This document shows, one piece after another, positions 39,354 to 50,049 of a stretch of 64,000 bases of DNA (the stretch's first letter is position 1; the number at the start of each line of letters is the position of its first letter). The position numbers and the translations under genes were made by a program. The notes beneath the pieces are model-generated. The model saw only the letters and a program-made list of their open reading frames with translations. It was not told the DNA's origin and made no database searches. The DNA is from Toensbergia leucococca. Taxonomy: Eukaryota. Where the stretch lies: positions 1 through 64,000 of the forward strand of contig JALDZS010000051.1 in assembly GCA_022813965.1 (NCBI GenBank). Direction: 5' to 3'.

Positions 39354-42300
39354 ATGAATGTGCTACTTCCATCGGGCCTAGAAGCGAACGATCATGGCGA
39401 CCTCGGATCTTGGCACCCTGCTTTTAGACCTGACTCGAACATAAAAGGGGATCTTTCGAAATCCACAAGGAACACTGAGGGAGCTGCTGAATCGATACTG
39501 GATCCCAACAAGCCTTCAGCTTCATTGTCCATTGTCAGCTCATCACACTCACAACCGGGACCTTCTCCTATAGAGACAGCCCTTTCAGGAGATCCAAAGC
39601 GCGTCTTCGAAGGAACAGATACAGACGATAACGCAGTCACTCTGCGGGTCTCAGACGATTTGTTGGAACGGGATGACGAGGGAAAGACTGAGAAGCATAC
39701 ACGTGCCAGTTCGTTCGGCGAAGATGCAAAGGTCGTGACGCCCACAGATAATGATGGATATCATGTGGAGTCTTTTCATCATCAACAAGCGGGACTGGCT
39801 GATGACGAACTCTTGCGCAACGACTCAGCCTCACCTATTGCTATGGATCTTGAAAGAGTTCTTCCCGAATCAAGTCAACATGGGAAATTCTCTTCTGATA
39901 TTCCTTGGGACAATGAGTTTCAATTAGATCCAGCATGGGGCTTGAGACAAGATCATACAGGAGTTCCTAATGGGGTACCGTTGATCAACCGCACAAACTC
40001 GTTTCCAGATGTACCGCCATTGCATCAATCTACATCTCTGCAGTCCACTAGCTTGACTCCTCACCTCAAATCAGACGATGTCTCGGAAGATGTTCAAAAC
40101 TCCAGATCTGTTTCGGTTGATAGTATTCGAGGACACACGGATCATTCATTTCCCGAAGACCAAGAACGAGTACAGGATTCTTTTCGATTTGCACCTATTA
40201 GAGATGAAGTGAATTTCTTCGCTGACATGACTGGTCTTGAAGGCGGCGTTCTACCTTCGCCAGCTGATGAAGAAGCAAGGTTTGAGGAGGGAATCCCTTT
40301 AGTACCTTCAGAATCCAATCATGGATGGCTAGCGGCTAGTGAGGATGCTACACAGGGAAGTACAATAAATTCCTCTGGCGCCGAAGACGCCAACCACAAT
40401 GCAAATTTCTTCGACCAAGTCACAGCAACTTCTCCAGCCGATGTCGATTTTTCGTTCTTCAGACCACAGCATTTGGATCGCAAATCGACAAATCAGGTCT
40501 TGGACTCCTTGCACTTTGCTCCCCACAGTACAGTGCACACGCTGCCGCATGATTCTGAAGAACAGCTGTCAACGGATGAATCGAGAGGTAATAGTAATAT
40601 GCCTTCTACCATTCCAGCCAGCACGGGGATCGTCCGCGATGATCAGCTTACACGTGCATCAAACGAATTCTCTTCTCCACCGAATCTGGGTACTTATTCC
40701 TCCAGTGTGTCTTCCAACGATGTCATTCAGCCTGCAGATGATGAGGACTTAGCTGCTATGTGGAAGGCCGCGCTGGGTGATGACGAGCTTCTGGACGAAA
40801 TCGAAGCCTCCCAGGACCCTTCGTCATTCTTTGAAGATGATGGCGAGGGTCTCTTAGACGAAAATGAGCTAATCCAGCAGGCTTCTCCTCCCGTATGGCA
40901 AAGTAAAAACACTCCAGAGAGTAGCATACAAGGAATCAACGGTATTTCGGTCCAGGCTAAACCCGAAGACATTCCTAAGAACAATTACCTACCTGCCTCA
41001 TCATCTGTAGCGCCGAATTTGCAGCAATATGCGGCGAATAGTCTCACACATTCTGTGTCTGCGCCTTTGGGCTTCAGAAACCCGCCAGGACGGCAGTCAC
41101 TTGAAGCTAATGTTCCCCCGCAATTAAGGCCATCATTACCTCAGAAAGCTCAGAGCTTTGCCGATAAGTCGAAGGGCGGCTACAAATCTCCATACGACAT
41201 CCCCATGGATGTTAGTCGACCTAAAAAGCGGAGCACTTTGCACCAAATGCAGAGTGGTTCCACTTCGCGAGCAGTCTCTGGCCCCCCACCTCCTCCGCCC
41301 AGAACCAGCAGCATGCTTTCTAATGGGTCATCTTCTCAAGGGCATCCTATTCCCAATCCCATCATGTCCGACACATCCCGGCCCAGCGTCTCTCCCCCCA
41401 TGATCAGTCCAAATACCCCTTCGTTTGTTGATGCTTCCTCCCTCAAATCCAAACCTACTACTGGAACATTTTTCGAAGAATTGCCATTCTTAACCAAACC
41501 TCGACCTTCAAGCAGCGCGGGCAGATTTACGCCGCAGGCTCCTCTTTCTGTACCTCCTCCGCAGACATCTCCTTACTCGGAGCAGATTAGACGGAATGAC
41601 TCACCGCAGCAACCATCCTCAAGCTCCATCGATCCCTCTCAAGGATACCAGCTCCTTCCGCCTGAACGAGTGAATCCATATGCGATTCCACAATCTGAAG
41701 ACACTGCAAGAAACTCAGTGCCTGCTATAAATTCAAGATATTCTCCTGCTCCACAAGCACAAACTAGACCCCCCCCTGGCCGGAATCGATATACGGCCTC
41801 ACCATCCAGTGTTGCCCGACCTCCCCAACAGTCAACAAGTCTTTCCTTTCAGCCTCGTACGTCTAGCCCTCTCGCGCAAAGCGCAACAGCTCCGCCACAG
41901 TATCGAGAGAGTTACAATCAAGGCCGTTTGCCAGAGCAATCTCCCTATAACCACCAACAGGGCCCTACTACTCACGGCTTTGATCCTCCATCCTCCCCAG
42001 TTGACCCCTATGCGAGTGTCGTATCAGCCCGCGGTGACCCTCTTGATGGCGGAAACGGCACAGTGACGTCGTCCAGTATATCTGAAATTGCTCGAACTGC
42101 ACCCTTGGATTATGGAGACCAATATGTGCATACCAGCAATCTGAATTCAAGGCCTTCATACACAGAAGATTCCACTATTGGTCGCTCCCAACCTATACGC
42201 TCCTCGTCTCATTATCACCCCCACGAGAGGTCGCAAAGCCTGTCGGATGACCCGGGACTCAATCTGCCTAAAAGGCCTAAGACACAGTCGCCGAGCTCTG

Positions 42301-45300
42301 TAAGATCGCGGCCGGAACTGAATGCAGCTATTGTAGAGCCATACCAGCGTCCAGCATCGGTGAATGATCCAACGTCACCTACCGCTGTGACCCAATCCCA
42401 TTCAATGGCCAACCTACCGGCAAATGGGCGTAAAAGAGGCTTCTCGCAGGGATTAAATTATATTAGGCCGTCTGATGGTAGAGAAAACGATCCTCTTGAG
42501 AGGTGGAAAGGATGCCCTATATTCACTTTTGGATTCGGGGGTCAAGTAATTACGAGTTTCCCGAAGCAGATTCCACGATATGGTACTGGACAGGCAATCC
42601 CGATGATCAAATGTAGTCCTGGCGAAGTAAGGCTGTATCCAGGCAAGATTCTTCCACTCGAAGAAGGCATTGCGACCTTCCCGGGCCCGCTAAATTCCAA
42701 AAGCAAGAAGAAGGAAGTCCTTGTTTGGTTCGAAAAGAGGATTTTTCAGCTCGAGGAAACACAGATTCAAATACCTAGTAGTCCAACCATTCCTGACTCA
42801 CGAAAGTGCCATAAAGAAAAAGTATTGCTTTGGAAGCTTTTGCAAGTATTGGTTCACTACGACGGTATAGTTGAAGGTAATCCTCTTGCGGAGAAGGCAG
42901 TGAGGACCATCTTGTCACCCGAGTCAGCTGTGGACGAGTCTGAAACTACATTAGCCGATGACTCGAGATCTCAGCTTGTGGGTATTTCAAGGCCAAGTGG
43001 ATTTCGTGATTCGTCGGAGCCGACAAACCCAGAGGCTGTAGAAAGTTTACGAAAGTTCCTGCTTCATGGGGAACGGGAGAAGGCTGTCTGGCATGCTGTC
43101 GATAGGCGGCTCTGGGCACATGCAATGATCATAGCATCAACACTGCCAAAAGATGTCGGGAAACGAGTTGTTCAAGAATTTGTGCGCCAAGAAGTGAAGA
43201 CATTTGGAAATAATACAGAATCTTTGGCTGCTCTATACGAGATATTTGCCGGTAATTGGGAGGAAAGCATCGATGAACTTGTGCCACCATCTGCTCGAGC
43301 AGGTCTCCAAATGGTCAGCAAAGTCGCAGGTGCTGGGCCCACGAAAAATGCGCTAGAAGGTCTAGACAGATGGCGAGAGACGTTGACCCTGATTCTGAGT
43401 AATCGGTCTCCAGACGACGGCAGAGCTCTGGTAGCGCTGGGTCAATTGCTTTTGAGCTACGGGAGAACAGAGGCTGCCCACATCTGCTTCGTTTTCGCAA
43501 AATCACCCGGACTGTTTGGTGGACCAGATGAGCCTCAGGTGAACGTCGTACTTCTCGGGGCCAATCACCGACAGCATCCATTCGACTACAGCCGTGACTT
43601 TGATGGCGTGCTTCTTACCGAAGTCTACGATTTTGCTCTGACTGTACTTGCACCTTCTGCTGTCGTAACGGTATCACCTCACTTACAGGCATATAAGTTG
43701 TACCATGCAATGGTCCTAGCTGAGTATGGCTATCGTTTTGAAGCACAGCAATACTGCGACGCTATCACGAGTGCGATGAAGTCGACGACTAAGCTTTCGC
43801 CATACTACCATGGCCAACTTTTTGGCGCTCTAGATGATCTTGTCAACAGATTACGCCAAGCACCAAAGGAAGGCTCTTCCTCTTGGATGTCCAAGCCCAG
43901 TATGAATAAAGTCTCTGGCTCAGTGTGGGCGAGGTTCAATCAATTCGTTGTCGGAGATGATAGCGACAGCGCTTCCATGGGATCAGGGAAGGGACTTGAC
44001 AACGAAGCTGGGCCTTTTGCTAAGGTTACTGGCGATACCCCCAGTATCAGTCGGACACCCTCAACGGCCGATTTATACGGTCAATCACTTGGAGCTGGAC
44101 TTCCTCCCTCGCTGCCAAGTGCCACCGGGTCTAATTCTCGTCACGCACCTGCTGGGCAGTACACACCACGCTCGTCACTCGAAATCCCGGGGAGATCATC
44201 GCAGGAGTTTCAGAGACCCACCCAATTCGAACTTTCCAAAGCGCCATTGCTACAGCGACAGCCGTCAAACCAATCCACATCATACTCGCCACCTAATTCG
44301 TACCAAAGTTCAAATCTAAACGCCTACCAGCCCACATCGCAGCCATCTCATGCTCCGGCAGCCGAGACGTACTTACCAACACCTCCGTCCCCACCCGTGT
44401 ATATACCCGTGGCTCCGCCAGAGGACATCTCGTCCTCCCTCTATCACGACGACTCCTATCGACCAACCCACCCTTCGGAGCCTACGCGACAAGAAGCTTA
44501 CCTGTCACCACATGAATCTGAGTCTCGTCCCTACGAACCACAGTCGTCTTCATATGCAGCCCCAACAGGCTACGAACCCCCATCTATAGATGCTCCTTCC
44601 TACAACCCCGAAATAGATTATAAAGACCAATCACCAGTGCAAGAAAAGCCTAAAAAGAAGTCCTTCATGGACGACGATGACGATGACTTCACCGCTCGAG
44701 CAGCTGCCTTGCTCAAAAAGGATAAATCTCAGAATGATCGCGATGCGGATGATGCCTTCCGAAAGGCTGCCGAAGTAGATGGTAAGCTTCTACATGCTTT
44801 CACCCCACTTTACCCCGCTAACATCTCCAAAGCTCAAAAGGATAAAGCTCCTGCTTCTAAAAAGTCCTGGTTTGGTGGTTGGCTCGGCGGCGGCGCCAAC
44901 AAAAACGACCTCAACGCTCCTGCACCCGCAGCCGGTCCCATAAGAGCCAAGCTCGGCGAAGAAAGCTCCTTTTTCTACGACTCGGACCTTAAGAAATGGG
45001 TTAACAAAAAGGGCGGCGCCACCACTCCTGGCGCTTCTGCCGCATCCGCACCGCCTCCTAAAGGCCCACCCTCACGAACACCAAGCGGATTCGGCGGGCC
45101 CCCGCAACCTTTAGCAACCTCTACCCCTCCAATCAATTCCAGTCGCCCTCCCATATCCAGCCACCTAACCTCACATCCCCTATCCACACTCCCGCCCTCC
45201 TCGGACCCACCCTCTTCCCCTGCTCTCAGCGCTTCCCCCGGTCTCCCCGACAATTTGCCTCCCACGTTGGCACCACCTTCTACCACCACTTCGGCACCGA

Positions 45301-45434
45301 CTTCTAGACCTTCGACGGCGATGAGCGGTGCGGGCAGTATTGACGATTTGATCGGTGTGCCGCAGGCTCGTAAGGGGGGCACGGTCAGGAAGGGGAAGAA
45401 GGGGAGGGGGTATGTGGATGTTATGGCTAAGTAG
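39354..45434 (+). CDS. SEC16: COPII coat assembly protein Sec16
   Basis: PIFTFGFGG, FPGPL..KSKKKEV, LWAHAMIIAS, WRETLTLILSN, C-terminal KLGEESSFFYD..LKKWVNK and GYVDVM. Probable in-frame intron at 44782-44832. Confidence 0.93.
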   Translation: MNVLLPSGLEANDHGDLGSWHPAFRPDSNIKGDLSKSTRNTEGAAESILDPNKPSASLSIVSSSHSQPGPSPIETALSGDPKRVFEGTDTDDNAVTLRVSDDLLERDDEGKTEKHTRASSFGEDAKVVTPTDNDGYHVESFHHQQAGLADDELLRNDSASPIAMDLERVLPESSQHGKFSSDIPWDNEFQLDPAWGLRQDHTGVPNGVPLINRTNSFPDVPPLHQSTSLQSTSLTPHLKSDDVSEDVQNSRSVSVDSIRGHTDHSFPEDQERVQDSFRFAPIRDEVNFFADMTGLEGGVLPSPADEEARFEEGIPLVPSESNHGWLAASEDATQGSTINSSGAEDANHNANFFDQVTATSPADVDFSFFRPQHLDRKSTNQVLDSLHFAPHSTVHTLPHDSEEQLSTDESRGNSNMPSTIPASTGIVRDDQLTRASNEFSSPPNLGTYSSSVSSNDVIQPADDEDLAAMWKAALGDDELLDEIEASQDPSSFFEDDGEGLLDENELIQQASPPVWQSKNTPESSIQGINGISVQAKPEDIPKNNYLPASSSVAPNLQQYAANSLTHSVSAPLGFRNPPGRQSLEANVPPQLRPSLPQKAQSFADKSKGGYKSPYDIPMDVSRPKKRSTLHQMQSGSTSRAVSGPPPPPPRTSSMLSNGSSSQGHPIPNPIMSDTSRPSVSPPMISPNTPSFVDASSLKSKPTTGTFFEELPFLTKPRPSSSAGRFTPQAPLSVPPPQTSPYSEQIRRNDSPQQPSSSSIDPSQGYQLLPPERVNPYAIPQSEDTARNSVPAINSRYSPAPQAQTRPPPGRNRYTASPSSVARPPQQSTSLSFQPRTSSPLAQSATAPPQYRESYNQGRLPEQSPYNHQQGPTTHGFDPPSSPVDPYASVVSARGDPLDGGNGTVTSSSISEIARTAPLDYGDQYVHTSNLNSRPSYTEDSTIGRSQPIRSSSHYHPHERSQSLSDDPGLNLPKRPKTQSPSSVRSRPELNAAIVEPYQRPASVNDPTSPTAVTQSHSMANLPANGRKRGFSQGLNYIRPSDGRENDPLERWKGCPIFTFGFGGQVITSFPKQIPRYGTGQAIPMIKCSPGEVRLYPGKILPLEEGIATFPGPLNSKSKKKEVLVWFEKRIFQLEETQIQIPSSPTIPDSRKCHKEKVLLWKLLQVLVHYDGIVEGNPLAEKAVRTILSPESAVDESETTLADDSRSQLVGISRPSGFRDSSEPTNPEAVESLRKFLLHGEREKAVWHAVDRRLWAHAMIIASTLPKDVGKRVVQEFVRQEVKTFGNNTESLAALYEIFAGNWEESIDELVPPSARAGLQMVSKVAGAGPTKNALEGLDRWRETLTLILSNRSPDDGRALVALGQLLLSYGRTEAAHICFVFAKSPGLFGGPDEPQVNVVLLGANHRQHPFDYSRDFDGVLLTEVYDFALTVLAPSAVVTVSPHLQAYKLYHAMVLAEYGYRFEAQQYCDAITSAMKSTTKLSPYYHGQLFGALDDLVNRLRQAPKEGSSSWMSKPSMNKVSGSVWARFNQFVVGDDSDSASMGSGKGLDNEAGPFAKVTGDTPSISRTPSTADLYGQSLGAGLPPSLPSATGSNSRHAPAGQYTPRSSLEIPGRSSQEFQRPTQFELSKAPLLQRQPSNQSTSYSPPNSYQSSNLNAYQPTSQPSHAPAAETYLPTPPSPPVYIPVAPPEDISSSLYHDDSYRPTHPSEPTRQEAYLSPHESESRPYEPQSSSYAAPTGYEPPSIDAPSYNPEIDYKDQSPVQEKPKKKSFMDDDDDDFTARAAALLKKDKSQNDRDADDAFRKAAEVDGKLLHAFTPLYPANISKAQKDKAPASKKSWFGGWLGGGANKNDLNAPAPAAGPIRAKLGEESSFFYDSDLKKWVNKKGGATTPGASAASAPPPKGPPSRTPSGFGGPPQPLATSTPPINSSRPPISSHLTSHPLSTLPPSSDPPSSPALSASPGLPDNLPPTLAPPSTTTSAPTSRPSTAMSGAGSIDDLIGVPQARKGGTVRKGKKGRGYVDVMAK

Positions 45435-46823
45435 GGATTTTTTTTTACTTGAGTTGGGGGAGGGGTTTTGTAATTATTGTGAGGGTAGGTCGGGCTTTAA
45501 TACTCTTTCTCTCTTCGTTGTTTTGTAGGCGGGGGATGTGTGGCAGTGGGGTTTGTGTGTGTTCTCCACAAAGCGTGGAGTTTGATGGGTTCCATTCCGT
45601 TTTGTTTCAGTGCGTTGGCTGGTACTGTTTTTTTTGCTCCATTTTCTTTGAAAGATTGTGGGCTGTGTGGGGGCTTTTGTGTAACATATGGTTTTCTAGG
45701 TATTTGACTGAGGGAGATTTTTGCCACTTTGTTGAAGATTGAGGGCGCGATACTTGACAAATACGTTATTAATTCTGATGTTTTTTTCATTTACTCTTCT
45801 CCTGTTGTATAAATCTCAATGGTGCAACAACTTTGCTGTTTCTTTATTTAGAAGAGGGGGGAACTGGTAATTGGACACCCCCCTTTTGATACCTAGACAC
45901 CCCCCCCCCCAACCTCATTAGGCGGAATATCACCGCGGCGAAAATCTTATCATTCCGCACCACGTTTTTGCCTCACTTCTCTATATCATCATGCCAAGTC
46001 ACATTTTACCCTTTTTATTTTTGCGTGTCCATCTAGAACCCCCAAATTACCTAGGAGAAAAAAACCATGCGATTGTATCCGCATCCTAGTGACTTTGCAT
46101 GATTCCTCTTACGTCCCGACGGGCGCAGCAAATATTGCGATCGTTTGCTGGTCAGGTCCTACAGAGCGAGGGCGGGGTTGAGGGCGGGGGTGAGGGGAGA
46201 TGATGATGGAGATGTTGGGAGAGGGTGGAGAGGGTGGAGATGTAGGGAGCGACAGCAGCCTAATAGCCTCAAAAAATCCAACTCATTTCACAATCATACA
46301 AAGATCTTACTGTTTCAAGCCGTGTGATGAGATGACTAGAAAGATGGGGGACTGGGGACGTATGCATTGAGGTTTATTTCTAATGGGTGAAGAAAGGCAT
46401 TGGGTAAGACAGAGGCTTTTGTGAAGGGTATTTGATTGTAGCTGGAGGGAAACGCTTGTTGGTTGCACATTGGCGATGTAGGATTGGTGGCATGGAAGCA
46501 GCGGTGGTGTGGGCTGTCGGAACTGGGATTGCAAAGGGGTGTTACTTTCGGCTGGAAGAGCTATGGATAGAAGAGGGATTGAAAAGTCCTCTAGCAAGGC
46601 TGAGATATTATGTAATACTGCAACTTAGGTACGTCTGTCGTGAAAAAAAGAGCCAAGTATTTCGAGAAATGGGAAATAGATATCTTGCATCGGGATGATA
46701 GCACCGAGACCGAAAAGAAAGGCAGTAGAGGGAAAAAAACAAAGGGTATCTATTCTAGGTTGTTAGGACGATTGACAATTCAAAGTATGAAAGCTGAGAT
46801 GACGGTGCTGCTGATACAAGTGC

Positions 46824-48005
46824 CTAGTCGGCTGTGAGATCGATCGTCTCAAGAGGTCCTGAGTGACGCTGGCGCTTAGGTGGTTCGACAATTTCAAGAT
46901 CGTCATCCTCGGGCTTGATCCTCTTTTGACCGCTTCGAGGCTCGGTTTTGACATTTGTATCGCGCTCTAGAAGCGAGAGCCGTTCCTGTAGCCAACATTC
47001 AGCTTTTATTGAAAGGTGCGTGTTAGATATGATCTCTTACGCGTAAAGCTTTGACTTCTTGGTGAAGATCAGCATCGGTGTCGCTGTTGTTAGCGAGGGA
47101 AGTGGGCTTCTCCTTTCGATCCACGATTACCGGGGCATCCGACTCCGGAGATGGAGACCGCGGAATGCAGCCAAGCATCCGAAGCGCACCTAGGCAGGCT
47201 GTTAGCGGAGTGGAGGGTGAGTAGATGGGAAATTCGGCTCACTCGCTAATCGGTATAGTATATTGAAATATATTGGCACACCCTGAGGTCCCGAAACCGG
47301 ATAATGATCATACAGGATCGGCGGAGGTTCCGCTGTCAGTCTACCACCAACGAGACTATATGAGGTTAGATCTCTCGATACCCCGGAATCCATGAGCGTC
47401 CTACATACTCGACAGTGTTGGCAATGGCCTTTCCTTTCATGGTCTTTTCCGAGACTTGCGAGATTCGTTGTGGCTTCTCGAGTCTGGACCAAGAACGAGG
47501 GACTTGGCGAATTATTTTGTTGGCGCGTATGACAGCCACTCTGATCATACGTAAGTTCTGAGTCTGGGCTGGTTGAGTTGCTGAGTTGGCCGTCTCCTCT
47601 AACATTATGTTAAGTACCAAGAGTGCTCTGGAAATGTAGCATGAATATCTTACGTATGTTCAAAGACCCAAAGCTGAGGTCGTAATCTTTCCATTGACCT
47701 GTTTTCTTACAGTATTCTGTGATATAGGAGAACTTCACATTTCGAACACTGGACTTCAGGTCTATATGAAAGTCCCAACACGGTCCACCATCGAAACTCA
47801 TTTGAAACTTGACAGCGTCGCAATGGCCAACGCTGAATGTATCGGTCAGCCTGACCTTGACAGCAAATTTGGCACCCGTAACAGCCTCGATATAATGTTG
47901 GCAAGTGAGTGGCTTCGCATTCTCCTCTTTGTCCGGATCCTCGTACATACGAAGCGGCTGACCGCCCGAAATCACCTCAACTTTGATGCCTTCGTAGAGC
48001 GCCAT
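46824..48005 (-). CDS. Uncharacterised fungal protein (DUF7918-like), about 5 exons
   Basis: MALYEGIKVEV...PLRMYEDPD...YIEAVTGAKFAV, SEK..KGKAI, F.ILYR..ALRMLGCIPRSPSP and C-terminal KRIKPE...TIDLTAD*. Canonical introns link the exons. The family label is from memory. Confidence 0.65.
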
Positions 48006-48396
48006 ATTTCATCAAAGGCACTGATCTCTAGCCCGCAGTAAGACGGAGAGACAGTGTGGAGTATTTGACTCATACAAGCCGCTGTGTTGACGTACTAGTG
48101 TCGTCCACGCAAGCAGATCAGATGAAGTCAAGCTATCAGGCTGCCCAGATTGATGCCTCATCTTAGCGCGGCATAAGCGCGGAGACTTCAAGCGCGCGTT
48201 CACGTGATATCAGGACTTTAGAAGCTTAAGCTTCTTCACGGAACGCGTTCAAGGAATACTAACTTAGTGCTAGAAGCAGAAGTGGCAATAATAGACATTA
48301 CGGGCATCTCCATTGATGCTGCATATTGGAAAATATTGAAAATCCTCAAGCACATTAATTAAAATAGTAATACAAGCCCACCAATCATTTACTCCC

Positions 48397-49478
48397 TTAC
48401 AAAGCAAACACCAACGCAGCAGCCAAGGCAGCCGCCAAGCTTCCTCCCAGAGTTGCCGCAGCATTCGTCGTTTGCTTCGCAGGGGACATTGTGGTACTCG
48501 ACGCGCTGGGCCCTGAGCCCATAGTCACGTTGCTAGACCCAGATCCCCCACTCGTCGTGCCATTGAAGGTCGAATTCATCCCCTCGCCCATGGCCAAGGT
48601 GGCGTTAGCGACCAATGGCTGCATGGCCGGGGAGACGCCCATGCAGGTCGCGTTCGGGTAGATGGGGCACATGTCATCCTGGCAGATGGATTGAAGCTGT
48701 GCACCTTGGGATGGAACGACAGTCATTGGGGGTGCGCAGCGGTAGTCGAAGAGTTTGGTAAGAGCTTCACCGACGGCTGTGACGTCGTCTGTCGTCACGC
48801 CAAAAGAAGCGGCCGCAAGACCGACTTGGGTGATGAAGTAGCCGACTTGGTAGGGGTCGAGGTCCATGAATCTAGAGGTTTCTTAGTAAAGCTTCATGAA
48901 TCGGAGTCTCTATGTGGTAGTCATACTTGTGGACTTTGTATTGACTCCCCTCGCCATCGTAGGCCGGGAAGCCAGTTGTTCCTTCTAGGGAGCATCCAAG
49001 GAGGACACCAAAGTACTCATACAAGTGGGTCAAGAGCATACTGACGGAAAGTTAGCCTCGGCGTTCTCGCGTCTCGATTGGTTTGAACTTACTATTGATT
49101 TGAGCTGGTGCCGTTTGAAGGCTTGTTCATCATCAAAGGAACGGCTCCGCCGTCGTCGAGGAAATTGATAGAGACACCAGAGCTTCCGCCACGGTTGGAT
49201 GAAGCAAGTCCACCATCAAAGTAGGGCAGGAGGTTAACCATGGTTCCATTATATTCGCCGGGTGCGAGGATCCCGTCAACCTTGATACCGACATTTGGTT
49301 TCGTGTAATTCCCAATGACGGCTGTGTTCACAAGGAGAGTCAAGAGAGTGTACTGGTTCGTAGCGGTATTGTCTTTCAATAGAGCAGTGGTATAATAATC
49401 GCACATGGACGTGTTGGACGGGCGCTGGGCCAGAGCCAGGCCCACGGCGGAAAGAACGGTAAGAATCTTATACTGCAT
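48397..49478 (-). CDS. Secreted, probably GPI-anchored protein with a putative truncated-globin-like domain
   Basis: Signal peptide MQYKILTVLSAVGLALA. Introns 49041-49092 and 48872-48926 give a continuous frame. Ser/Thr/Gly stalk, then TNAA and a hydrophobic tail. Confidence 0.8.
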
Positions 49479-50049
49479 TTTGTCGAAAATATAGAGAGTG
49501 AAAGACAAGTATACAGGGCGTTCGAATGAGGATATTCAATACAGCTTGAGGAATGGAAAATGTTTGAGAGAAACGACAACAAAGACGGATGGAATGGATT
49601 CACCATGATCGAGGCGCTCCAGCAAGGGGGATCGACGGCGCCTGAATTACATGACTGCATGGCTGTTTGCAGGTCAACAATAGAAGCGTACAAAGCATTC
49701 CAAATGAGCTGACTGACCGAATGCGTCTAGTGGCATAATTAGGGCATATTGATAATCTCATCTCCACAGTCTACAGTCGCCAAAGCGGGTCAGATGTTCT
49801 CGAAAAGTAACGCTTTGAGCGCTAAGAAACGGCAAATTGTTGAAAGGCTAAAGGAAATGAAACAAAAGAAGCTTTGCGGCATGCGCTTGGAGCCGTTGCG
49901 AGCTTAGTCGAGGAAGGCCTAAATAGGTAAATGATCGCTGTTAATGGTCCTGAATAGGAAGTCTGTCAAACCTCGGTAATTTGGTTGCCCTTTTTCATTT
50001 TAATCTGCACCTCTTCGCTCTCTGCCTTCTTTCCTCTTCCTTCGCCCTT

